Origin: Paraspadella gotoi
Taxonomy: Eukaryota > Animalia > Chaetognatha
Assembly: GCA_051294375.1 (NCBI GenBank)
Contig: CM119264.1
Coordinates: 11,445,832 to 11,509,831 of the forward strand
DNA: 64,000 nucleotides
Direction of reading: 5' to 3'
The position numbers and the translations under genes were made by a program. Shown here piece by piece: positions 25,701 through 35,872 of this stretch. Each line of letters begins with the position of its first letter. Position 1 is the first letter of the stretch. The notes under the pieces are model-generated. The model ran no database searches, was not told where the DNA came from, and saw nothing but the letters and a program-made list of their open reading frames with translations.

Positions 25701-28700
25701 TATTGAATAAGCTTTTAACATTCTACAAAATATCCAAAAAAGACTTTTTTTGTTGTTAACCACAAATAATTTTTAAAGACAAACACTTTTTAATTGTGTA
25801 TAGCCTCTTTTGGTATGAACTAATGTGCATTGACCTTTGTTAGTAAGACGGACAAGGAGAAGTTTTTGCGTAAACCACGATTTAATTGAATTTTCGGAAA
25901 TGAGCCTTAATAAATTAAATGATGACGTTGATACATTACAACGAAGCAACAAAAACCGTGCAATTCACTTGAAGATCTAATGAGAAGAGCGCCAGATTGG
26001 ACTTATTTTAATTTAGCTCAAAATCTCGACGGTTTGCAGAAGCAGAGAAATTTTTCTGCAATCTAGGTCCATTACTAAAATTTCGTAGGCAACCATAATG
26101 AAATAAAAACCTCCTATTAACTATTGAATATTCTTATCTTAGACTATTAGTATATAAAGCTTTCTTTATGATTTGCTTCCAAAGTAAACGTAGTGAGGAG
26201 GAACGAAATGAGACAGAAGAAAGAGAAGGGAAGATGAAATAAAGAGATGAGCGAAGGCAAAAAAAAAGGAAGAAATGGGGGGAAAAAATAGTGAAAACAA
26301 TGTAAGAGTGAATAAGAGGATAAATGGAAGAAAAAGGGAGGAAAAAGAAAGGGAAAGAATGAAGAAATAGAAGAAAATGGAGTGAAAAAGTGCATGAGTG
26401 GCAAAAAAGAAGGGCCGAAAAAATGGAGGACAGGAGGTAACGACACGCTTGAATAGTAAGGAGGAAAGAGAAGAGGAAAATATAAAGTAAGAGAAGAAAA
26501 GAGGTGAAGAAAAATAATCAGGAAAAGCTATGAAGGGAAAAAAGTGTATCAATAATGTGGCATCTTGCCTAAACTCTTTTGTGTAAGTAAAAGACATGAG
26601 ATTCTTATAAGGAATCGATCTTTAAAAATTTTTTTGATTGTTTTTTTTTTTTTTCTGTACCATAAAAAGTTCAACATACTCATAGTTCTAAAATCTATGG
26701 AAGTTAATGAGATTAGATTCGACAATCATGTGAAGAAATCAAGGTCTTTACGTTTTTTAACTCATAGAAATTTACATGGGAAGTTCAATGATAGAAAGAG
26801 ATAACTTGAGTCTACCGTTTTTTAAAATGAAGAAATTTCGTACTAACAATGAGTCAAGAAATTATGTAATTATTGAGTTCGATTTCGTTGTCTAAACGAC
26901 TGTTGTACGCGAACCTTAAAACCGTAAAATACAAGATAGTTAAAACTAGTCTCCGCTACGGAAAATAGACGCCACAATGAGAATCAGAAGATTGGATCAA
27001 AAAAGGCTTTCCCCTCTTTCCCTCGACGGCCTTTTGCGCTCGTCCCAGATGGTCTTTCCCGTCGCAAGCGCAGATCTTCTTAGATTGTCGAAGAGCCAGC
27101 GGAGTCTGCGATGATGCCGCAAAGCGAGCCGCGTCCGGCGCCGCGCTTCCCGGCCTTGAGACTGAGACGCCATGCCGCGACCCAGATCTTCGGGCGGATA
27201 CTTTAATCACGAGAGAGCCCGGCCGACGCGTCCCAGGACACTTGAGGACGTTGTCCACGATCTGAAGGCAGACGCGGACCGTCGTCGTCAGCCGTGACAT
27301 ACGAAGTCAGCCAAACGTGACGGTCGGGTCGGTCGGAGCGCCGTGGCAGGTGCCTAGAGTTTAAAAGAAAAAATGATGGTAATAAAGAAAAGTTATTTAT
27401 TTCTGCGCCATTCTAACCAAACTCTCTCATTACTGTGGGATAAAATGGCGCGCCAGTCGGAACCCACAGCCATCGGACAAGTCGCCACACTCAATTGAAC
27501 GTGAAAGTCCTGCGGCCCAGGCGTTAGGAGCCCGTCGAATGTGCCTTCATCACGCACGTGCCATTCATCTCCGATTTGGATATGCAAACGCCTGCCCCAA
27601 CGACGACTCTGATATACCAAAAGAAACCCCAAAAAGTTCCAAAATCGTATTGGGTGACCAATTTTACCCAAGGCCAGGATAGAGAATACCCCGCCTTCAG
27701 TATGAAAAAGTGATTACTTTTATTGATTTAAAAATAGTTGGAGTTAGGAAAATACTGCAAAACTATTGTATATGTAAAATTTTATATTGATCAGTAAGAT
27801 TATGGACCCTTGGACAATGAGTGGATGAAAAGTTGGCCCTGTAAAATGGGGGTTCATTTTCCAACCTACCTGGTATTAAAAAAGTCTAAATGTTTAGAGA
27901 AGAAAAAAAAGGAATAAACAAAAGTGTTTATTAAAATATTTGAACAATATTATATCTCAGGGGAAAGCGAGATTAAAAATATTGAGGAAAAAAGTTTGAG
28001 ACCTTGGACGTATGGGTCAATAAGAAAGAGATGAGATCAGAGAAAAGGAGAGAATTTATTAACATGTAGTAAATCTATGTATGCGCCAAATCGTAGTGAC
28101 CTGAGTTTAAATGAGGTATGTCGCTCTAATCTTTTCTTTGGCTTATAAGACCATAAAAGATACTTCATATTTGATATATCCAATAAGTATCCAGAGGAAA
28201 GCCCGCCTTGAGAAAAAAGATGTGACGAAAGAAATTGCGAGAATTAATGTTCTGACGTAGAGATCAGTCAATAAACAGTTTACTCGTCAGCTATGATTTG
28301 GTTAAAAAAAAAGAGTCNNNNNNNNNNNNNNNNNNNNNNNNNTCTTGGAGTTATTGCGTTGCGTGGCGGGAATATTCTATGCAGCGTCGGCGAACCCCGT
28401 CTTGGCCGATAGGCGGCGTTGGACGTCGACGGTTTTTTGGCGGTTGCGGTCGACATGGCATCGGCCGGTGCTTCGGTGGCTGAAAACTTTTTCTTTTTGT
28501 CTCGTTATGTTTTTTAAGACTTTTGATTTTGTCTACTTTTCTCTTTTCCTTCTCAACCGTTTGACCGTCTGTTGTGATCCCTGAGATTTTTTTTTTCTAA
28601 TTCTAATCCTCTGTTTTTTTTTCTCGCCCCAAAAAAACAATAAAATATTTTCTCCCATTCCCAATTGGTAATCTCTCAGTCTCACACTTCCTCCCCAAAA

Positions 28701-30381
28701 TTCTTGACCAAAAAAACGCAATCCCTCATTCTCTCCCTCTCGTTTTCTTTCCCCCTCAATTTTTCTCTTTCCCCTTAAAACTTCCGACTCGGCATCTCGT
28801 TTCCAGCGCAAAGCTTCTTTTTCCGCCGGCAACACATGTTCGCGCGTTAAATGGAGCGCCGCGATTTTTGCCAGCGTTCCCACGCGCATGCGCGGCGCCC
28901 TTTCGCTCCTTTTTTTTCATTTCGCTAATCGTGAAATGTTTTTACTTGCGCCGCGAGTACTCGCGAAGCAACTCTATAAGTCACTTTTTGGTCGGTCAGT
29001 CGGTCTGTTTGTCTGTCTGACGGTCGGAATGTCTGTCTGTCGGTCTGTCCCCCTTACGTTAAAAATGCATATAATTTGCTTAGATTCATTTGTTTAGATA
29101 CGAAAAAGCCTCAAATCTACGTGACTGATAGTGACGCCTTCAGGAAATCGCAAAACTAAAAGGAATAAAAGAAGAAATTTCGATGCAGTGCATATCATAA
29201 ACACAAGGGAAAAGAGAGTTATTTAGTCATATCATATCATGTCATACACATGAAAATAAAGTTACTGCGGCGCAACACATTGGAATCACCGTTCTTGTAT
29301 TTTTAGTTCTGTTGATTAATTGTCCACACGGTTCAACTTCGCCATAAACCAGCGAACAGTCGATCTAACCTTTCGCCCAAGCAGTTCCATATTCGACACT
29401 CCTTGCCTTTTTCTAAAAAGCACCCTCTCGTCGCTTAATCTCCACCCCCCCCCCACTCAGGCCTGCCTCTCGTCCGTTCTGCGGTCACCCCGACCGATCC
29501 CCCGTCGAATCCCATTTTTATTTTGTTTTGGGATTTTCGCTCGATTTCTAAGAAATGCTGGCACGAATTTCTGAGAAGCTTTGAAACACCCGATTTTTTT
29601 CCCCTTTTTACGTTTCCTCTTTCTCGCCCTCTTGAACAGACTTTGTTTAGTCGGATTTAGTGGTTGTTGTTTTTTACTGTCTTTTTACACTGTCTTTTTT
29701 CTCTGTTATTTTTACTGTCATCTAAGTCCGGTCACCGCCTCCGCCTTGTTTTTCTTTCCAGCTTCTCTCCGCGTTTCGACTGCCCCACGCGACACCAGGC
29801 GGCGTCCGACGCTCAGTTGTTCAACTTTTCCTGCACCGTTCTTGCCTCGCCAACTCTGACTTGCGCCAACGTCTCTTGGTATCTCAGGTAGGTTACTGTA
29901 CTCAATTTGCTTAGTCTAACGACGTAAATGTGACATTTTAACAACCCTTTGCATTAACTAAACCGCTGTAGGTATTTTGACAAATATCGCTACTCTTTTT
30001 ATGAAAAAAAGCGGAAGGATGTAACGGAAAATGGCGGAATTTAGGATCAAATAATAGTTTTTAAAAAATAATGAAACCATAAGCCTAGGGCATAACTAGA
30101 GCGTTATGGAAATCAGCGGCTGCCGTGTTCGAATCTAAAAAGTCATTTTATATTGAGAGGACGAAGAGTCGGAACGATGGAAACCAGAGATCGGTTGATG
30201 CGTTTTTGAGCCGTCAGCCGAGCGGCGTCTGGGAGCGATGCCAGCAACTCCGCGATGGCGGGAAAATGGTCGTGTCGACGAAGGCGGCGCCGGTGGTGAA
30301 GTCGAACGCGGCGCCCTCGGGCGAGGAACCATACCCAAAGAATTCTGCGAAAAAACATGATGAGCAGACAAAAATATATAT

Positions 30382-30432
<51 letters not shown>

Positions 30433-32002
30433 ACTGGAGAGCTTTTTCTTCTCACTCTTTCTTTCGTAACTGATTAGCTCGTAACCATAAAATGATACAT
30501 AAAAATGGATGGCTTTATCTTTCATAGCTTATACGATTAAGATAAACTGCGGCTTGGTCCCATAGAAAGTTCCGAGAAGTATTTTTCCCTTAACCACAAA
30601 TCAATTAATATATTTCAGCAATTTATCGCAGTTTCTCGCTGCTGGGTGAAGTTCAAATATATCGTGATTTCGAAATCTGCCTCGCCCTCTTCAGGCCTCC
30701 TCTTATCGCCTGCCTCATTTTTCGGGTTTGTTTCTGGTCTTTTGTTTTCTGGTTTGTTTTTTTTATTTTCGTGCTATTCTTGGCCACGGATTTCGCTGAT
30801 GCCTGGAAATGACGTCGGTGTCGCTGCCCGTTCCAGGATTTAATGGAGCGAAAAAAGAAACAGAGTAGCAACCGCAGATCCGGAGGTTTCTTCTCCGCTT
30901 TCCCTGACACGCCGCCCTTGCACGACAATAACTGTTCCGTGCGCGGCGCAAAAAAAAATGTGGTTCAAGTGTCATATTCTCTCGGTTTTATGGCACCCTG
31001 GATGGCAATAACTTCACGATTACAGTGCGCTCTCTCTTTTTTTTTTTTTTTTACTATCTTTCAGAACTCGTTTCCTACTTTCGGAAATTCATTTCGACTC
31101 TCGATTCGGATAGAGTATTACGTTTTCTTGAGAAAACCCCCCAAAAAATATTTTTTTATTCATTTTATCTTTAAAAAGAATAAAAATTTTCAACGAAAAC
31201 GTTTGTAGAATAATTTGCAGGAAAATCGTTATCCTTTTGTTCAGGGAAATTGTTTTTCCTTCTTGGCACCGAAAGGGAGGGGCGCTCGTGACGCCGCTGA
31301 AGCGAATGAAGGGAAACGACGATAGCAGCAAGATCCCCTTTATCCAGTTTTCCTTTTATCATTAGGGGCGCACCCGCGTCTAACGTCAATCGACCATCAC
31401 CCGCGCACGTATTCTTTTTATTGCATCTACGCATGCGATTGTTTGTGCGTTTATGCGTTGGTTATTATTTAGCGAACCAATAAGCATTCATGTTATTTAT
31501 CCGTAAGGCTATTGTCATAGCGCATATAATATTATATACAACACTCCATTCAAGTTACGACTCTATAATCTAGTTCTGTTGTTAAAAAATTTCATTTTCA
31601 TTCATTTTGAATAATGAACTGATTTATGTTTATCGATGATTTAAAATATATTTCGCTCTGTACACTGTAATTTTTCAATCGAAACCAAACGATTCGAAAA
31701 AATTATAAAAACAGCGAATTTAAATTTAATAATAATAAAAAGAATCATTTTTCTTTCGCAATCAACGGCAACGTTTCGTTCTCCTTATTCTTAGTTTCTT
31801 TCGATTTCCCAACTTCAAGAATGGCGCTCATATTCCTCAAACCCGCGGGGCCGAAAATGAGCGCCGCGTCAAAGAGACCCAATGAATTCCATTTTATGAT
31901 TGTCCAAACTCAGCTACGGGAACAAGATTATGCACATTTCACAATAAGACGTTTTTGAAAGCAAAGTTAATGAAAATAAAGATTTCTTGGATTTTTTATC
32001 TT

Positions 32003-32034
<32 letters not shown>

Positions 32035-34617
32035 TCTCTTCTCTCTCTCTCTCCTTCTCCTCATAGACCGTCAACCTCTTTTCTTTCACTTCTCATGCGT
32101 CTCCTGCCGTTATTTTTTCTTTTCTTTCTTGACGACTGCATTTTGCCAATGTAACTTTTTTTCTCCCTCTGTCTCCACCCCCTCTCTAAGTCTCTCTCTC
32201 CCTCTCTCTCTCTCTCTCCCTCTCTCTCTCTCTCTTACTCTCTCTCTTACTCTCTCTCTACCTCTCCCTCTCCCTCTCTCTCTCTCTTTCTTCTCTCTTA
32301 GTCTACCCAGTACCCACTGTTCTCAAGACCGTCCAGGCTTTCCCTCCCTACCTCCTTCGATAATAATTTTCAGATTTAATGTTCCCCCGTTGGTCATAAC
32401 TTTTCTCTTTATGGTTGTCACTGTCACCGACGACTAGAACGGACCAAAAAAAGAACCCGCCCCTTAAGACTCGTGCCCCCTTAAAGCCTTAAGGCTCGTG
32501 CCCCCGTAAAGCCCTCCTCCTCGTGGCTCTCGCCCGCGAAAAGGTGGAAACGGAAAGAAGGGGGGAGGGGGGAGGAAGGCGACATAAAAAATGGGGTAAG
32601 GGCGAATTTTAATGTCCACCTTTTGGGCGGATTTTGTTTCTTTTAACGGCCGTTACGAGTCGCCGTGTCGCTGGTGACGGGTTTTTATAGATACGAGGCG
32701 ACGGCGGAATAAAACTGTCTGCTTTTCTTTCTCTTCCCATCCCCGTGAAAAAAAAACACAGGGAAAAAAAATCGCGGGAAGAAAAAATCGTAATAAAAAA
32801 AAATTGTATAAAATTCTAATAAAACCTACGAACTGTGAAAAAAAAGGGAAATCGGTGAAAAATTTAAAGAGGATTTTTTATTAGAAAAAATAACCCTCAA
32901 AAAGCCCTGCTCACCCGTCGCCCCGCCCGCCCCCCCAGGAAAAAAAAAACATGAAAAATATTCGAATAACGATTTCGACGTTTTGAGGGAGGTAAAAAAA
33001 AATATGAAAAGACGTTTCTATATAATTGGTCGGAAACGAATTCTTATAAATATGTAATCTTACGTGCGGCGAAGAACTGTGCCTTAATCAATAACCTATT
33101 GTATCTCCATTTTCACGATATTTCAGTCCTCAAAAAACATCGCACATCCGCGATTCCGTTCCAAAAAAAAAAATGGGGCATTTATAAAAATTCTTGTCGA
33201 TAGTAATAGTGACGCTGATGTCGTGATTCCAAACCGCGTCCCTTCTCTACCTCGACATTCCCTTCACTCTCTTCACTCCCCCTCCCACCGCCCTCCAGCC
33301 CTCTCCACTCAGTCTCGGCCTGCGACTCGAAGATCTCCTCCTTCGACGTGGTCTCGCCCGGAGTCGTGCTCACTTCGCTTCCGGTCTCCAAGGCGCTGCT
33401 CATCGGCACGTCCGCCCTCAGAAAGAACTACACCATCGTCCTTCGAGTCGACGTCGGCAACGGAAAAGTTTACTCGCGTCGAATATCGCTCGTCTTCGGA
33501 AACGCCGGCCGAAAGAACGGGTGAGTGGGGGGAATGATTCAACGAAGTAGAGTTTGGACATTTGATTGATGATGATACTTATTTACTGATCGACGTTTCA
33601 CCGAAGTGTCGTCGATGATGGAGTTATGGTCACGGCGTTGGTGAAATTTACATTAAAAAAAAACTGAGTGATGACGTTGATGAAACGTGGGCGCATGAAA
33701 TCGAATAAAATTGAGATTGGGCGATTGATTCCATTATTTAATCTAAGTTGTTTTGATTGGTTGATATATTTTTTACCAAATTTGTTATTGATTTAATGAT
33801 TTAATTCTTAATTTTATTTTTTAATTGTTTTACGGGTCGATTGATTCCTCGATTTATTAAATTATTTAATAATGCATTGATTGATAAATTAATTCCATGT
33901 TTAATCGCAAGATTAATAGATTGACTAACAACCGCTTGACATTCCCTACTTTCAGATTCGATCCCGTCAAATCGATGGGTAAATCGTTCTCAACTTCGGG
34001 CGGAACGTTCTCCTCCTTACCCGGCCTCGAACTCTCGCTCATCATCGTCATTGGAATCTGTTTCATCGTCGTCATCGTCGGTCTATTGGTGAGGAAGGGG
34101 GCGGAGGTTGAATGTTGTCCAGTGGCCCTTTCCCGTCAATGTCTCGAATCTCCCCCCTCCCACCTCACCCAGCCATTGGCGTTCTTTCTCGCTTCATCCT
34201 TATCCTAAAGTTCCCCTCTTTTTCCCCCCTCAACAGGTGGGTCTTTGGCGATGCCACCGTCAGGTCTCCAAACCAGTTCCCCGATCCCACCCGTCCTCCA
34301 TTCTTCCCTCGCCCCACCATCGTCACCCATATACCCCTACCCACCACCCCTTCGCCCCGCTTCAACCAGCGCCCCACCCTCTTGACAACCCGTTCGAGCC
34401 TTACCAGCCCGGCGGTTCGGGCGGCGGCGGATCGGGCGGCGGCGCCGATTCAACGCTCGACACTCGAACTTACTCGTCGGCGGCGTCGACGACTTACCAA
34501 ACTTACCTCTTCGAATACTCGCCCACGATGACGGCAGAGCCGACGACCTCGAAAAGATACGAAGTTCCCCCGCGGGGTTACGCCCCTGTCTTCGTTTCTG
34601 ATCCCTACGCTTTGTGA
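752..34617 (+). CDS. Single-pass Ig-superfamily adhesion/receptor protein, nephrin/Kirre(Neph)-like; 5' end lies outside the window and at least one internal exon is unresolved
   Basis: Phase-compatible GT-AG exons: 752-885 (HTLIIRNVEFPDAGRYKC, V-set DxGxYxC), 1830-1929, 10711-10928 (SRLEFHPSHRHNGNALAC, CD80-like C2 set), 12495-12739 (LVIRYPPKFNC...LRCDVTSNP..ISW), 29762-29887 (PRFDC...FSCTVLASP..VSWY), 33299-33520, 33956-34088 (TM: LSLIIVIGICFIVVIVGLL), 34237-34617 (Tyr/Pro-rich tail, stop). Every junction matches in phase except 12739 (phase 1) to 29762 (phase 2), so at least one exon is hidden in the gapped, noisy 13-29 kb region. Confidence 0.8.
2801..2972. repeat. Degenerate telomere-like (TAACCC/TAACCT)n tract
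   Basis: cctaaccctaatccctaactctaacctaattctaaatcctaacc...ccctaaccctaa...ctctaacctaa. Confidence 0.6.
3049..3210. repeat. Near-perfect ~160 bp palindrome containing hammerhead-like GAAACATGTC motifs (inverted Penelope-type LTR remnant)
   Basis: Arms of ~77 bp (atttagagaaaagtttgaaatgaattcg...ggacatgtttcggctcttgtt and aacaagagccgaaacatgtcc...cgaattcatttcaaacttttctctaaat) with few mismatches. The minus strand reads TGAA-GGCT-tgaacaag-AGCC-GAAACATGTC. Confidence 0.85.
3281..3345 (+). ncRNA. Degenerate minimal hammerhead motif within a short palindrome
   Basis: TTCATCAG-CG-CTGATGAA inverted junction; CTGATGA at 3309-3315, stem gactt/aagtt, then GAGACATGTC (GAAA mutated to GAGA). Confidence 0.5.
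3642..3674 (+). ncRNA. Minimal type I hammerhead ribozyme core (Penelope/retrozyme type)
   Basis: CTGATGA-A-GACTA(acaat)TAGTC-GAA-ACATGT-C: intact core, 5-bp helix II, palindromic ACATGT helix III as in dimeric PLE hammerheads. Helix I is weak. Confidence 0.65.
4347..7127 (+). CDS. Creatinase (creatine amidinohydrolase, M24 pita-bread fold)-like protein, ~457 aa, with N-terminal mitochondrial-type presequence
   Basis: Nine exons (4347-4547, 4655-4726, 4821-4947, 5495-5691, 5876-5935, 6031-6187, 6286-6400, 6526-6770, 6928-7127) join to 1374 nt of open frame. Hallmark motifs of Pseudomonas-type creatinase: SDFLYCTFGRPYALVVT, IDGGQPWRR, QSGINTDGAHNP, YYTALERT, GHSFGVLSHYYGRE, YREHDIL, ENITKFPFGPEHNII. 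Confidence 0.95.
5078..5447 (+). mobile_element. Helentron/DINE-1-like non-autonomous element (family A) in creatinase intron 3
   Basis: 5' CCGGATCTGC with local inverted partner GCAGATTCCGG, an internal (CCGT)n tract, 3' subterminal GCAGGTCCGG followed by a GTTTGCTTAAAC hairpin and a T-run. Homologous copy at 16134-16813 and a fragment near 7508-7700. Confidence 0.6.
16134..16813 (+). mobile_element. Helentron/DINE-1-like element (family A), second copy
   Basis: Shares ataattcactttgtcggtc, tccgtccgtcc.tatgtccgtcc, attgactt and the 3' end taccgct.aatga..gtgggcagatccggtattgtttgctcaaacttgttt with 5078-5447. Confidence 0.6.
18806..20177. other. Assembly gaps (N runs 18806-19679 and 19946-20177; smaller ones near 17515, 23092, 28318 and 59176)
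   Basis: Runs of n in the sequence. Confidence 1.
20690..22130 (+). repeat. Indel-rich duplicate of 28345-29640 (probable assembly/long-read artefact)
   Basis: Colinear over ~1.3 kb (e.g. cgtggcgggaatattct...; ggcacgaatttctgag...ctcttgaacag). Differences are mostly single-base indels, and both copies lie close to N gaps. Confidence 0.75.
28940..29303 (+). mobile_element. Helentron/DINE-1-like element (family B); duplicate at ~21416-21793, 3' fragment at ~3692-3727
   Basis: Subterminal inverted pair TTGCGCCGCGAGTA (28946) and TACTGCGGCGCAA (29263), (GTCT/GTCG)n tract, T-rich flanks. Confidence 0.55.
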
Positions 34618-35872
34618 GCCTTTCTGTCTCTGTCTCTGTCGCGTTCTCTCTTTTCTCTTCTCTTCCTCTTTCACCCTCTCCTTCTTTCTCTTTCCAGCTT
34701 TTTTTAATGGGTGTATATTTTTTTCCTTTCTCAAAAAAGGCAATATATCTTTTATTTAAACAAAATTTAAATAAATATTATTTAGGATTAAATGTGCATT
34801 GCTCTTTTTCAGAGAAAATAGAACAAAAATAAAGTAGTTCGTAAATGTCAACTTTTTCTTTTTAACTCTTAAAATGTGTGTTAAAATGGTTTTAAATGAG
34901 ATTTGGTTTTTAATTATTGTTATTGTTATAATTTTACTCTACTCTATTATTTTTTTTGTTTTTGTTTTTGTTTTTTTGGAAAACATGATTTTTTATTTTT
35001 CAACGCCAGTTTAAGACGCCTTCGTTCGTCTGCTGTCCACGATGATTAATTATTTATTAAGGCCCAATTTTGTTAAACAATGTTAATTTTGTTTGATAAT
35101 TTAATAATAATTTTATTATTTGATTTTTTCACTCAGTCGGCAAGGTTGTAAATCCGTCCGTAACTGGTCCTACTTATTTTTGAAAAGATTATTTAAATCT
35201 TAAAATTTTTTTGAAAATAAAATACCATTAATATAAATTAGTAAATGAAAAAAATTTAACTGGAACCTCGCCGAAACTTGGAAAAACTTAATCTTATCTA
35301 ATACTTACTTTTTTAAACATTATAAAGCTCGCAGTCTACAGGGTAATTATTCCTTTTTTCTACTTGATTGTTGCATTCTTCGTCAACCAAAGAATTTGTA
35401 AAAACAATGTTCGTAAATCGAAATAAACCAAATTAAACCTCGAAAAATTGTTTTTAATTAAATTAAAAATAAAAAAGAGATAAACTCATTAAATAGACTT
35501 TGGAGCAGTCTTTTAAATTAGTTGACAATAGTTGAACGAAATGTTAAATGAAGAATTAGACGATCATCTTGACCCTGATCAATTAGCTCCATTCGAACTA
35601 CCGAGCCAGCACTTTTTAGAGCCTGGCCGTATTTCTAGTATTTCTAAATCTAATTCTCGTCCCCCCCAAAAAAAACTTGTCCTCCTTCGATTCAAACCTG
35701 AAAGAGCACGAATTGCCGAACCAGACCTGGGCCGACAGATACGAGACTCTTCGAATCAAATCGTTCTGATTCATTGTCATTTCGGATCTCGTTCCTGTTT
35801 GATTAAAAAAAGGTTCGATCGAAAGTAAAAACTAGTCGGCGTCTCGTTCGAGACGACAAACTGTTCGAAAAG

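Noticed and set aside
20690-29640. Segmental duplication or alternative Ig exon cassette
   Set aside because: Copies differ mainly by single-base indels, sit by N gaps, and the first copy stops just before the exon at 29762; an assembly artefact is more likely.
30110-30140. tRNA gene (GTTCGAATC B-box-like)
   Set aside because: No cloverleaf, A box or acceptor stem identifiable.
33590-33690. Additional hammerhead-like motif (ctgagtgatgacgttgatgaaacgt)
   Set aside because: Core spacing is wrong and there is no convincing helix II.
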